Shown piece by piece: positions 1 through 14,107 of a DNA stretch of 64,000 nucleotides (position 1 is its first letter; the number at the start of each line of letters is the position of its first letter). Below the pieces are notes generated by a model. That model did no database searches, was not told the origin of the DNA, and saw only the letters and a list, made by a program, of their open reading frames with translations. Origin of the DNA: Nageia nagi (lineage: Eukaryota; Plantae; Pinophyta); assembly GCA_050084985.1 (NCBI GenBank), contig JBITNC010000001.1:100502001-100566000 (forward strand). Direction: 5' to 3'. The position numbers were made by a program, and so were the translations under genes.

Positions 1-555
1 TACTGCTCTTAGTATGAAGAAGGATAGAAGGATAGAATGCTAGTGTTGTAGGAGAGTCTTGTAAGTCTTGAGAAGAAATAGAATATAGCTTAGAGTAAAT
101 TAATCTCTTGATAGAGAGGAACCACTATGTACCCTTGTCTCTCTCTTTGTATGTGTGTTATTTAGATTTTGTTCACTTGAGTTGAAATTAGGAGGATATA
201 TCCAAGATAATCTTTGGGCGTAGGAGACTTTATCTCCTTTCATCTTATAAGAATTTTAAAACTTGATTTATCTAGTATCTTAATGTGGATTGGATATTTT
301 GAATTGCATATTTGTAACCATGTTAGTTATTTTGTGATATTTTAATATTACATACATTATATATTGACCTAACTATTAATTATCACTTTGAAGATAAATG
401 TGAAACTTGAATTTATTATATGCATGTGTCATTTTCATGTCTGGTATTGGTTGTTGTTGACTTCTTCAATGTGTTTCAAGTTTTGAGTTATCAATGAGGA
501 TCTTCAAGAATAATAAATGATTTTAACCCTAATTCATTATATCTTCAATCAGAGC
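1..555 (+). mobile_element. Possible 3' part of an LTR followed by a PBS remnant
   Basis: Ends ...ATCTTCA (ending at 547) followed by ATCAGAGC (548-555), which is TGGTATCAGAGC without TGGT. No partner LTR is in the window. Confidence 0.25.
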
Positions 556-809
556 TAAAATATATTAATTAATGAAAGAAAGGTAAACTTATTAATTTGA
601 GAGGTAAGTTCCTTGTTAAGTTGGAAAAAAACTTCCAATATTACAACTAGAGGAATTAATCTTGGTGGTTTTGGTAGTAATATGCCAATGAGTTGGTCCT
701 TCTAAAATCATCAAGTTTCATGTGGCATTTCTGATCTGTAGCTTCCTATGGTTGAAAATAGGATGTGATTAGTCTAGGGACTAGTATGTTGAGGATATAT
801 TAATGATGA

Positions 810-1340
810 CCTTTTATTTGAGGTGGATGGCTTCTTAGATACAAAGTGTAAAGTAGTTTTGGTCTTCATAGTTCATCCATAATTTCAAAGTGTGGGCACC
901 TTAGAATAAGTAATGAAATGAACCTCAAATTTCATAGTAGATGGAGCAAATGAATATGAAATGCTCTTCAATCTCTAGTTCCATGTTGTACAATTTGCAT
1001 GTATGTTGGCCTTTAAATATATGGTGGTTTATTTCAATACAAAGTTGGTGCGAGTATACCCTTATCTGTCCAAGAACAAAATGAATACCATAATATATGT
1101 GTAGCATAATATAGTCAATGATGACAAATATAGTACCATTCTCTAGTTTCATGTAAATATGAAGGTAATGCAGCTTTGATGAAATTGTTTTTTTTGTTCA
1201 ATCAATGTTGTCTTCATGTAGGTTGAGTAGATTTCCTTCCTGGTCCTTTTATTTATATCTTTAGTAGAAGGATTAGAGATCTTGTCTAAGATATAAGAGG
1301 GAGGTAGTTGTCTAATATATAGAACTATAGATTGCAAGAG
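810..1340 (-). pseudogene. C-terminal fragment of a non-LTR retrotransposon ORF2 (CCHC-type tail, non-L1 group)
   Basis: ORF 925-1152 reads LGQIRVYSHQLCIEINHH...TCKLYNMELEIEEHFIFICSIYYEI and continues *GSFHYLF...YEDQ. This matches the recalled LINE tail pattern LRxSSHxLxIExGR...CxxC...EDExHFxxxCxxYxxIR. Confidence 0.7.
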
Positions 1341-1439
1341 AGAGCTAAATTTTGAGTATAAACACCAATAAATAACTTTATTTGCAAGTTACATCAAGTA
1401 TGTGAGTGCTAAAAAAGGGCATCTCTTTGATTCAAGGTT

Positions 1440-4400
1440 TGTTGAAATTATATGATGCATCCTATTCAAGATATCAACGATATGAAATATTGCATGAAAT
1501 AACATAGGATAAAAGAATTTGTTATAGATATCAAAAAATGATATATTTTTGAAATGAATTGACTAATTTCATTGTATTTAATTTTTTAATAATATTACTT
1601 TTAAATGGATTAATTACATTATAAAAATGCTCAAAAATAATTATCAAAATAATCAAAAATAAATTAAAATCACTTGAGAGTCCAAAGAGAAGAATAAATC
1701 ACTTAAGAGCTAAATAAGGTGCAAAAGGGTATATCTAGATACTTAGTTTAAGTTATCAAGGGAACTATATATCTCAATGTTAAATTATAATTTCCTCTTT
1801 TAGCTCATTTTTTCAATTTGAAGACTTGTGATTTTGCCCCTAATTTGCTCCAAGATCCAAGTTAGGTTTTTGAAATATCACTTAAGGGTTTCAGGCTTTT
1901 TGAGGATTTCCTGCCACATCAAGCTCAAGATCTTCATGCTACATCCATTGGGGTAAACTAAAGTGGAGAATTATATATCATATTATAACATTATGTTATT
2001 TTGGTGGCATATTTCAAGTTTGAAGGACTTTCATCCATGGAAATGCTTTGGAGATTCAAGCTTTGTATTCTCCCTTAAATTATTTACATGTAGCATATTG
2101 TATAGGCTAAAAACATATTAAATTACATTTAGAATTAAATATCTTTACATTGTTTATCCATAAATGCATAGATTCATGGTTTTAATATACATTAAACCTT
2201 ATGGGTATCCTTAGATATTTGAGATATAAGGATCTTTATGGTTCTTTTTCTAAATTAGGTTTTAATTATCTCAAAGATTTCAAGTCTTAATTATGATTTA
2301 ATTGCTAAAAGTGTTGAATAGATCCATTCAAAATTATTTTCACATCATCATAATTTCTTGAGAATACACACGCATTTGCACATTGCATAATATGCATCAT
2401 TTTATACTTTGCCTTCATTGATTTGAGGCTAGGGGGCTCACATTTACTTTTGGAGTGATGCAACTCATTTCAAGCTAGTTTGGGTGTCTTACACCAAAAT
2501 TAGAGGTCATAACTACCTTGTTTACATGCATTTAGGTCTTGTTAACATTATAATAGGTTTTTAAAGTATAATCCAAAGTTTGAATCACATCTTTATCCCA
2601 TCTTTTCACCTCATTTAAACTTTGAAAGCATATGTTATGTTGAATTGAATTCTTATGTGTATTAATCTATTTATGTATTTTTGGTGATTAAATAGCAACA
2701 ATTTTAGTCCATATAAATTACTAAACTCGATTGATTTTCAAATTTACCCATCAAGATTGGATTAAATTTTAAATTCTTTAAAAATAATAAACAAATTCAA
2801 GTGATCTTTGGATAGGGGAATCTATCAGAAGGGACAAGGTATATTTGTAAATTTGGATGTCAAATCCTTTAGTTTTTATGGAATGCAATAGGGAAACATG
2901 TTTGGCACTAGATACAACTATGTATCTAAGTAGAAAGAAGTTTTTGTAGTATTTTGTAGGTAAATATAGATTAAATATGATAGGGGATCATGTCTCCCAC
3001 TAGAGGCAACTGCATCTCCTCCTAGATACAACAGTATCTATATTAAAATCATAAAATCAAAACATAAGTACATCCCATTAGAGATACAATCATGTTTACT
3101 ATGAGATCTAATCATGTATTAATTGAAGTACCCATGTTTGAAATTTAAAAAAGGCATTCATTACAATGAAACACACATCATTCAAAATACAACTTTGTTT
3201 ACTCTAAGATGCGATCGTGTTTGTCTTGAAGAGTAAAATGAAATTGCATTTTAAAATAAAGGTATCATTTTCTTAGAGAAAGTTAGATGAAATGCAGTCC
3301 AAGACTATGTTTCAAACCAGTGATGTTTGATTTTTTTGCAAAATACTAGATTATTGTATTAGGATCTATTATTTTGGCTTGTCATAACCTAGTAGAGCAT
3401 TGTAAAGATCTAGGATTTTTTTTATCACACTCATTTTGAAAGAATTGATCCTTTTTTTTTCCTCAATGATTGGTATTCATTTAATATCTCTCTCTAGTGA
3501 GGGACTTATAATAGAAATTGCATTGCATACATTGGAGCATGCAATAAAATTCATATCTAATTAAGTATTTTAATTACTTCAAGCACCTAGTCCATACTAT
3601 TTCATTGTTCCTTATATACTATGATTGCCTTGATATTAGTGAAATTTTACATCCCTACTGGGGGAAATTGGTTGTATAAATATGTAATCTAGTTTGGATA
3701 TAGAATCAAGTCTTGAAGGAGAATTTCTATTGTTATTTGGGAATTGGTTACTCATTATTGCACACATCCAAAGTCTATAACTTGCATTAGATTGATTTTC
3801 TAAAAAAAATAAAAAAGAGTGAAAGAGCATACTTGGATGGGATTGGAAAATACTTGTGAAGGGATTAGAAGTGCATCCTCATATAAAATTGCATTCTCAT
3901 ATTTCTTTCAAGTGTTAATTTCATAATCCTAGTCTTCTATCAGGCATGTGGACCTTATTCCCATGACCTACACCATTCTCTAAATTCATCATTGAAATGG
4001 GAGCCCCCTCTATTTGGGACAACATCCTATAGGGGGTACTTGTGATACCCTTGCAAAATGTTCCACACCCCTAAAATATTGAGTCCTCCTTATAAATTCT
4101 TGACTAGACTTATTATCTAGAGAAACTAAAAAGGGTGTGTCAAAATTTATCTTGCATTAAAATCAACCTTTACTAAAAAGTTAAGAGTCTAAATTGAACC
4201 AAGAAGTAACTAGACTACTAAGTGAAAATTACTATCTAAAATTATTCTTATCTTCATTGAGTACTTGCATTTCATCCTAAGGTTGTTTGAGTAAATTTCA
4301 TTATCACTAAAGAAAGATTTAAATTCAAAATACTATAAGCTTAGTGTTGAGTTTTTGTTTACACTTTGAGCAAGTTTTGTTCATTCTTACTCATTTTATT

Positions 4401-5900
4401 TTAAAGCTTACTTGCTAAAATATTTAAATGAATTTTGATCTATATAGAAATCCCAATAGGTGGGATGAAAATCCTACCATTGGGATAGTTGAAACAAGAG
4501 ATCAATATAAAAATAGGGAGGGTCAAAATCAAAATTTTATATTAGAAGAGGGAACCTATAATGTAGATAATGAGTCCATTAGATTCACACAAGATCTATA
4601 AACATTCCAAAGGATAACTCCAAATGAGGTATATAAAATGGTGGAAAAAATAAATAATCCTTTTGGCCATACAATTCAGCCCTCTAAACTAGGCCAAAAT
4701 AAACAACGAAATGTTTCAGTTTAGTCTAATCAGTATAATTGAGTGATGTTTGAGGACCATGGGACCTCAAAAGCTATAACCATATCTTTTTTCTACCAAT
4801 TCATAATAAAAAGGATACAAATACTTATAATTAGTATCAAGAGATAATGGATCAATTATGTAACAAAAGCATTGAACCATATTCCACTAGTGATCCTTCA
4901 AACCAACCCATTTCATAAGATCTTGGACAAGGTTGGTTCCTACCTCAAGATTGTAATTTTCCCATAGTTCAAAAATCAATATTTAAATTATAATCTTATT
5001 CAAAATAGCATCCTATTGTCCAAAATATAAAACCCAATCTTGATTTGCAAAAATTTCAAAGAAATATCCAAAAATCATAAGAAGGATTCAATAGAGGGTT
5101 ATCCTAAGATAGTCAGAACATTCCTCAATAGTCTCCAAAAGTTTTGCAACCATAATTTTAAATTTTAATGCCAAAATTTTAAAATATTGAATAAGAACAA
5201 TTATCTCCTCCATTTTAGATGGAAACAAGCCTAAATTAACTCAATATTCTACAAAATATTATCATACCAAACAAATCAAGTTTCCAAACTATTATAACCA
5301 AAATAATAATTATTATGGTTATTTACAATATAATTAAATTCACCAATTAACTATGAATAATAGGAAATAAATGACATGAAATATGATAATACCCTAATTG
5401 ACCTTGACCAATCAAAATTAGATTTATGAAAGATACAAAACTTTACTTTACCTATGACAATGAATAGAGGCAAAATTCAATCGAGATAGGATGAACAATG
5501 AGCTTCCCTAAAAAATAGAGCCACCAATTCAACCTCAACCCAATGAAATTGCTATAAACCCAAAAATAACACTCAATTACCATTCTAGAATGCCTCATTC
5601 TTTCATTCGTTATCATAATCCCACCTTCGATCTGCTAAATCTTAATTGCAAAGGGATGAAATATTGCAAGAATGCAAAGCTTAAAGTATAACAAAATTCA
5701 AATATGATAGGTGGAATTAAGAAATATCAATCAATATTGACATAAGTATATTTCCACATATCAAGGATTTAGGATTATATCATATCATATCTTTGATCAA
5801 GCAAAACCACTCCATCTTTATAAGAAACAAGTCTAGTGCTAAGGCTCCTCCTTAGGCTTATCATGATTTTGAGTTGACCTATTACCACAAAATATAAAGG
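1440..5900 (+). mobile_element. Truncated relic of a second Ogre/Tat-like Ty3/gypsy element (LTR-like part, leader, decayed N/Q/P-rich ORF)
   Basis: 3510-4300 aligns with the leader of the main Ogre element (7585-8400). Both are followed by GATGAAAATCCT (DENP; at 4464 and 8527). No pol is present and the boundaries are approximate. Confidence 0.55.
2905..3225. repeat. Degenerate short repeats with an AGATACAAYCATGT-like core
   Basis: AGATACAACTATGTATC (2910), AGATACAACAGTATC (3024), AGATACAATCATGTTT (3082), AGATCTAATCATGTATT (3104), AGATGCGATCGTGTTT (3207). Confidence 0.55.
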
Positions 5901-6509
5901 TATATGAGAGTGCATAGGAAAAAAATAATTTATTTAATAAATTAAATAAATTATTTCAAATACCTAAAAGGCTATTTTCATTAAATTAAAAATCATTTTT
6001 AGGTGTTAATAGATATCTCAATTTGAATATGTTTTGATTCTTTTGAGATAAAATAAAATCAAAGCATAAATTAAAATTATAACAAGAAACATAAAAAGGT
6101 ACTCCCTAAAAATTTATGATATGGCGGAAGCTTTGGATACCTTAGTTTTTGCTTATATTATTCCCCCTTTTTGACCTGGTTGCAACATTATGGACCTCTC
6201 ACCATAGGAGCAATCTAAGGCAAAGAAAAAGATACCTGAAAAGAGCTTAGACAAGAAACATTTTTGCAAAATATATATCAAATATAAATAATAATCATTA
6301 TGATATGGAAAGAATGATAAAAAAAGTATACCTATCCTTGGTGACTAACCCACCAAGATTAAGAAGATGATAAATAATTTAGATTGATGAGCTTGGTTTT
6401 CCAATCCACCATGCTACCATGGATCTTAATATGAATGGACCTTTCCTACAAAGGTACCAAATGATAAGATTAACCCTTCCTTATAAAGGAATCAAAGGAT
6501 AAGAATGAT

Positions 6510-7047
6510 TAGCTTGGTTTCACAATCTATTTCAGATCTTTATTTAGCTAAAATTATCTTATATCCATCCTCATTTAGGCTAATTATCCATAGATATTTG
6601 TATATTTTATCCATATTTGCACATATTCATAATTTTTGTATCTATTTGGGCATTTTTTATATATTTTATCAACATTTATTCATATATTTTCAATTTCACT
6701 TAGATCTAGATTGCATATCGTTTATACAATAGGCATATATATTATTTCTCTCATCGTTTTAGTTGAGAATTAGGTGGCTTACTCTCATGTTAAGTTAGGG
6801 TTTTACCTTTCTTAATTGATCACAAGGCATCAAGAGCTTATGCTTTGAGGTTCCCCAAAACATTTTTCTACTTTGTAGGTCTCTAAACATCTTTAATCAT
6901 CTCAAGCATAAAGGACATATCTAAAGCCCATTCTTGTTCATTTTGTCTCATCACATCATAAGAAATATTAGTAGTAAAGTTTAGTTTTCTTGAGGTCATT
7001 GAAAAGGTGTATTGAGTGGTCTAAGGTATAGGAAAATAAGCATTACA
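6510..7047 (+). repeat. Ogre 5' LTR (5'-truncated)
   Basis: Aligns with 36390-36583 plus 44341-44691. The first ~630 bp of the 3' LTR have no counterpart upstream. Confidence 0.88.
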
Positions 7048-7050
7048 ATA

Positions 7051-7068
7051 TGGCGATCATGGTGGGAC
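7051..7068 (+). promoter_or_regulatory. Primer-binding site, tRNA-Arg-like
   Basis: TGGCGATCATGGTGGGAC lies 3 nt after the LTR end. It resembles the complement of a plant tRNA-Arg 3' end (TGGCGACCACAGTGGGA, from memory), and Ogre elements use tRNA-Arg. Confidence 0.7.
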
Positions 7069-8523
7069 CTCCTTGGTCCTAAGTCACAAATTATCCTAAA
7101 GGATTTTTCTAACCCCTTCTCATAGTTTTGTGATTTCTTATTTCTCAATATTTCCCATTTTTTGGTGAGTTCTAAAGATTCATTTTATGTAAAATTTATA
7201 GGAAAAATTACTAGTTAATAACATAACATGATCTAAAAATTTTAAAGCTTAAAACACACTTTAGATCAATCCATCCCTTAGACAAGTGATCCTGATTGCA
7301 AATCATCCCTTTGTCAAATAATTTTGCAAGTCATCTGAATGGCTATGTAATTTTAGAGTCTATACTTACAATAAAAAGTCCTTTTTCACATTTATATATA
7401 CAATTTAGATGTCATTATCACATGAATCATTAGTTATCCTCATCATAGGATCATTTATTTTTTATTCATTCAAATTTATTTATGTACACTTATCATCCAA
7501 ATGACTTTTGATCATTTGAATGATTGGCATTATCTTTCACAATCATCCATGTAGTGGAAGATTTTAAAATAGATACTTATAACCCAAATTGCATTTCATA
7601 ACCTTGGAGCAAGTGGGAACATTTTCATATGAGTAATTGTTTGGATCACTTCAAGCACCTAGTAAATACTATTTGATTTCTCCTTGCATAATTCTTTGAA
7701 CCTAGTGAATTTTGCATCCATATTTGGAGGAAATGGTGTATACACAAGAAATATCATTTGGATATAAAATTAAATATATTGTTGGGAATTATTTATTTAC
7801 TATTGTATGCATCCAAAAGTGAAAACTTTCATAGTTTGATTTTGAAAAAATTAAAATAAAAAGAGTGAAATATCATCCTTGGGTGGGAGTACTTTCTATC
7901 TATTTGAAGGGGTTAAATTGCATTTTGCATTCATCATAGTGTTGCATTATCATATTTTCTTATTGTATTTGATATAATTCACACTCATAGGCTTTTAATA
8001 ATCATTTATATCTTATTACCAAGCCTAACCCATACTCATATTTCATCATCAAAGTGGGAGCCCCCTTATTTAGGATAATATCCTATAGGGGCTACCTATG
8101 ACACCCTTCCCAAATATCAATCTACACCCTTAGAGGCTAAAAGATTAAGCCTTTATATTATAAATGCTTAACTAAATTTATATTTAGGTATACTACAAAA
8201 GGTGTATCAAAATTTATAATTGCATTAAAATCAACCCTTACTAAAAAGATAAAGTGTCAAATTGAACAAAGAAGAAACTAAACAAATAATTGAAAACTTA
8301 TATCTCTCACTATTGTTATATTTATCATATAAATGTTTATCTTTAAAAAAGGGTATATCATATAACTTGAGTGAATTACATTGCATGCATTAATAATATT
8401 TTAAACAAATTTTAGTTTAGTGTTATTTTCTTTTATTGCTTAGCACTATTACAATCTTGTACCTTTACTTATTTTTTTAAATTCATATATTTGAGCTATC
8501 ATATCCTACCTATACTACACAAC

Positions 8524-10700
8524 ATGGATGAAAATCCTTTATCTATACACATAATAGAGACTATAGCATAACCTAGAGTGATGGAGCTCGAGGAATAGGA
8601 ATAACATAATAATATAAATCCAAAAAATCCTTTTTTTTAGGTTACATTTGACTCAAAACTGATTACCATCACAAACCTCACTTCACTCACCTCATGTTTA
8701 ATCATTTATTACACCTTAACCCTATATTTCATTTAGTCAAAAGTTACAATGATTTTGTAACTTGGAGTCCACACCATGGTAGGACAAGATGGATCATGAA
8801 TCACATCATCATGCTAGTAGTTGTCATATAGGAGGTCAACCTTATCCAAAATAACCTTTATCCCAACATGAGCTTTTCATGAGTGACCCCTTAGTCTAGT
8901 GTTTGTTCCAATAATTCTAAGATGCACAACATGGCCCATAACATCATCCCAATATATCACCTACACCATATGAGCTACTTGTGATATACGACCTATTCAA
9001 ATATATTATTGCATGAGTTAGAGGGTCCATCATTTAGAGATCCACATGTAGTCACTATAGAGGATGTACCTACATCATAACCTATATATTCACATTTATT
9101 GCATTCCTCATTTCATGTTGTTTCATCTAATATTGAGGAGAAATTTCTAGAAGAGTTACCTTTTTTTAGAGCCACCTCATAATCCCACATAGATGTCTCC
9201 CATGATCCACCCCATCCATATCCTAAACCCACTCCATTTAAGCCTCTACTAGGACCTCCTGATAGTCCTTGTAGACCTTCATATATCCCTCTTAATATTC
9301 CTTCATCATTTATGAGGTTTCATCAGCCACCATCACCTCCTCATGTTCCCTTGGTTTGACAACATATTGCTTCTTATCCAACAAACCAACTAAGAGCTCA
9401 AAATAATTTACCATCACTTTATGATCATGACACCACACATACCATTATTCAAAATAATCCACATCACATGTCATCATCCCATGTACCACCTTCATATGTA
9501 CCACTTGAGGTCCCACCTAAAGTGTCTACCACCATAACTAAATTATGCCTCATTTTCTCATGTGGTGGTGTCTCAAGGGAAAATATATGCATAATAATAT
9601 AGTGATCCTTCTCATGTGTATGTTTTGTCCCATCCCTATACCTCATTATGATCCTAGGTACAATCAATCAACCTACCATGTCCAATCTCCTCTTCTTGGA
9701 AAATTGAGATTTTAGAATTACCATAAATTGGAAAATCAAATGAGTAAAGGGGTTGTGATTTCAAATCAAACAACATTTGTACCTAAGATGAATTTTACCA
9801 TAAACCAACCATATGATCAATCATATGGGTAAATTTAATAACAATATTATGATGATCCAAGAGGACCAATATGATGATCAACTTATCAGTTATGCACCTA
9901 AACAATAAGTGGTCATTAGTACTCAACCTTTAAGTGTCAACAATGAGATCTTAAAGAGGTTGAAGGATATGGAACTCAAAGTAAATGACCATGGTAATGC
10001 CAAGTTATTATACAATTGTAATGAACTAATTTATCCAAGTGTACTCTCCAAGAGCTTTCCATACAAGTTTGAGATCCCTAAGATAGAAAAATTCAAAGGC
10101 AAGGAAGATCTTAGAGAACACTTGAGATAATTCAAATATTCATGCTACATCATAAGTAGTGATGATAAAATAATTCTTAGGATCTTTATTATGATGATTA
10201 TGGGGAAATTTTTAGATTGGTACAATAACCTTCCTCAGCATAGCATATATTCTTTGATGGACAATTACTTGTACTTCCTAAAATCAAGCAATAAGATCAA
10301 AATTAGGAGAAACTAGCATGGTATAAAGATAATAAATATTGCACTTAGCACAAACAAAAATAACATGAAACAAATAACTATAATTGGTTAAGGAATGTTA
10401 TTCAATACTTGACTAATAATGGGAAAATCTTCATTGGAAATTCCATAGCCCAACCTGATAGAAACTTGAGAGTTTTTCAAGATCCACATCCAAGATAAAA
10501 TAATCATGTCAATCATGTAGGATCTATTCCTTATCAACAAGTAATACATATTCATGATCAAAAATAGTATTACAAGCTTTTAGGATCTATTGATTTTGCA
10601 CTATCTTATGATATTGTGGAAGTTATTGAAGTGTATATAGTTAATGACACAACTAGAATAGGTAAAGAAAATGATAGAGCACCTCTTCCTAGGAATGCAA
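8524..10700 (+). pseudogene. Ogre gag region (Pro-rich N-terminal part plus retrotransposon gag core), disrupted
   Basis: Starts MDENP at 8524. P/H/S-rich decayed frame, then FPYKFEIPKIEKFKGKEDLREHLR*F...FLDWYNNLPQHSIYS (10056-10253), typical of Tat/Ogre gag. Confidence 0.8.
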
Positions 10701-10999
10701 GGATCCATAAACCTTTACTATAATCTATAGTGCAAATTAAAATGCAACACCCATGGCCAATGGTTACAGTCAAGATCCACTTAGAACAACACAAACAAAG
10801 TTATCACTATGGGATTTACTTTAACAATCAAAAGAACAAAGAGAGGGTTTGAAAGATATTTCAAAAAATATAGAGTTTCCATGTGATAATCTTAATGCCT
10901 TTGGAGATTTTATTGATGTTGTGCATAATTCTACTAGACATGTGTTACATTCTATTAGGATGGGATTCATTGTCCCCCAAAAAATAAGTTAAGGTATCC

Positions 11000-11370
11000 T
11001 ACATTATACATTGTATTATTTCTAAGAGGGTATTAGTTGACAATGTATCAACCATTAACATTATATCTTCTATGGTACTAGATAGGCCTAAGATTTATGT
11101 TAATTTTCTAAATGCACCCACTCCTACCATTAGGGATTTTAATAATACATTGGCTAAAAAAATGGGCATAATTGTTCTTTTAGTTAAATTGGGGATTAAG
11201 GAAATTTCATCCATGTGTCATGTTGTTAAAGGTGAGATGTAGTATAATATTATGTTTGGTAAAACATGGATTGAAAATATAGAAATTGTTTTATCCATAA
11301 TACATAGGATTCTCAAGTATCTACATAATAGAATGGTTCATTGTATAATAGGAGATATGAACCCTTTTAG
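11000..11370 (+). pseudogene. Aspartic protease remnant
   Basis: VLVDN..TINI...IRDFNN...CHVVKGEM*YNIMFGKTWI...SIIHRILKY matches the Ogre PR pattern (LVDNGS..NI...YNxLLGRPWI...SxxHQxLKY). Confidence 0.8.
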
Positions 11371-12074
11371 TCATTACAATTCCACTTTCCTTCATGATTC
11401 CCCTCACATGCCTTATGGGTATCTTTTTCTTATGACTATTCTTATAAATAATGTTCCTATTCCATAAAAATCATATTTATAAGAGCTTCAATCTTCAACT
11501 CATCCTCTCATTCGATCACATGTTTTATCATACCATCTTCTTCATCTCCATGCGACGTACCTCCCCTTATACATTGAGATGGTTAGTCTCTAGAGGATTC
11601 TACAAAAGCTTCATCTATCCATCATACCCCATTTTTGAATATTTATGGAAATGACTTCCCATCCTATCATAATGTTCCACCACCTAGTATTTTCCACTCA
11701 TCCTCTTCATATTTGGGATCATTTCAATTATAGGAATATAATCCCTCTTCCTCCATAGTTGGCTTGGATCCCCTTTACTAACACTATATCTCTTATATTA
11801 TTTCACCATATTCTAATATGATCTAGTATGAATGTCTTGGCAAGGGGGAATATTATATCAATGATGTATTTGTTAATATTCCTTAAGTGTGAGACTTGAG
11901 GAGACCCATGAATCCCCTCTTCTTCTTGGATCCATAATCCTACTAGACCATTATCTAAACCAATCTTTCTTCATCTACATTTGTACTAATTTACCCATTA
12001 ATATTCCCCTAAAACATTATCATAAGGATAATTTTTAACCCAAAATAGATTATATTTCATGTCCTGACTTGGTT

Positions 12075-12194
12075 CATAGACTCTTTGCTAAATAGAAATG
12101 GTAAGGATATGGCTTAGGAAAATATGAGTAGGAACAAGTTTATGGTTTCATTATGCCTTTTCAATCCAATAATGATAAAAGAGGTCTAGGATTT
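12075..12194 (+). pseudogene. G-patch domain remnant between PR and RT
   Basis: HRLFAK*KW*GYGLGKYE*EQVYGFIMPFQSNNDKRGLGF matches the G-patch consensus LLxKMGWxxGxGLGKxxQG...PI...GLG. Confidence 0.75.
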
Positions 12195-12559
12195 TGTGGC
12201 CCTAAATGTAAGAATCAGGAAGAAAAACTCAAAAATATTAATCTTCTATATCAAGAGGTGCATCAAAATGAAGAACATGACATCAATTTATATTTTGAAC
12301 CATCTAGTCCTCATGCTTCTAAGTGTTCCAACCCAGTTGATTTGTTCCACAAATTACCATGCACTCTTATCCTTGATATTGCTATGGTTTCTTTTGATGG
12401 TTCATATTCCTTTTCTCCTCTCCTTGATTATGATTCACACCTTGTTGTCAGCCTTGAGTCTCTACATCAAATTTGGCTTCTTTCATCAATAGCCTTGATA
12501 GAGATTATTATTTGTATCTTACCATATTTAAGGATCACACATGCACCATGGGATATTAG

Positions 12560-14000
12560 TGGAGATAAATATAAGTGATGATCCAAAGTGTCCTAAACTA
12601 TTCTATATGGGAGATTTTTTGAATAAATTAGAAAATAAAATAGCTACAACCATTTTAAGGATATGCTCTAAGATCTTTTCCTTTAGATATGAGGATATTT
12701 CAAGCATAGGTCCCAATGTAGTTTTCTACAACATATTTACATGACCTGATATCAAGATAATCAAACAAAAGTTAAGGAAGGTCCACCCTACTCAGTCACT
12801 ATAGATAAAGGATGAACTTCAAAATTTATTAGATGCTAAGTTTATAAACCTTATAAATTATCCTTAGTTGGTATCTAATATGGTTCTCATGGATAAACCA
12901 AAAGTTCGTATAAGGATTTGCATAGATTTTAGAGACCTCAACGTAACTTATCCCAAGGATAATTTTCCATTTCCTAACATTGAAACCTTAGTGTAAAATA
13001 CAACAAGCTATGAAACTTATATATGGATTCTTAGGCTACAATCATATCTAGGTTGCACTAAAAGATCAATATAATACATCCTTCACTATATTGTTGGAAA
13101 CATTTTGCTATAAAGTGATGCCTTTTGGGCTTAAGAATATTGATGCAACATATCAACAAGCTAAAATATGTTTTTCATGATATGATGCATGATATTATTG
13201 AGGACTATGTAGATGATCTTTTGGAAAAATTTAGAACACAGGACCAACATTGGGAATTGTTAGAGAAATTATTTGAGAGACTCATCAAGCATAATATCAA
13301 ATTGAATCCAAGCAAATGTGTCCTCAATGTCACCTCAAGAAATCTATTAGGGTTCATCATTTCCAAGAAAATAATTGAAGTATATCCCAAGAAGGTTAAT
13401 GCCATTACTAGTATGTCTCCTCCATAAGATGTAAAATCTTTAAGAAGTCTTCAAGGAAAAATTTTGGCAACTAGATGACTCATAGCTCAATTATCAGAGA
13501 AGTATCAACCCTTTAATGAGCTTCTCAAGAAAGGAATCAAATTTGAATAGAATGACGAGTGTCAACATGCCTTTGATAATATCAAGAGATATTTAACCAC
13601 TCTTCTAGTTCTTATCCCTCCTAAATATGATATCCTCTTCCATATTTATCTTTCAACTATTGAATTCACCTTAGGGGAATGTTAACCCAAAAGAATAAGC
13701 AAGCCAAGGAGTAAGCTATATATTACCTTAGTCACACACTTATCAATTATGAGCTCAAATATGTCTACATCGAGAAGGCTTATCTTACGATTATCTTTCT
13801 AACTAAGAAATTGAGGCACTACATGCTTAATCATGCCACTTATATAATTTATATAGTTGATCCACTTAAGTATATGATGAGTAAGACATACCACAATATC
13901 AGGAAAATAAAGTGGATTATGTTTCTATATGATTTTGACCTAGTCTTCATTAGCTAGAAAGTAGTCAAAGGTCAAGTTATAGTAGATCAGTTGGAAAAGG
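12560..14000 (+). pseudogene. Reverse transcriptase plus Ty3/gypsy RNase H, disrupted
   Basis: IKQKLRK, ICIDFRDLNVTYPKDNFPFPNI, VMPFGLKN, EDYVDDLL, KLNPSKC, IYYLSHTL...IEK...KKLRHYML...VKGQVIVD. Confidence 0.93.
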
Positions 14001-14107
14001 CACATATGCATGATACTTCCCCTTTAGAGATCACCCTTCCTGAAGAGGATGTATTCAAAATAGATGAACAGGAAGAGTTTGTGAACATGCAAGATGATTA
14101 TGATATG

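Noticed and set aside
5900-6510. Missing first part of the Ogre 5' LTR or its TSD
   Set aside because: No similarity to 35762-36390 and no AATAT-TGT junction was found. The segment remains unassigned.
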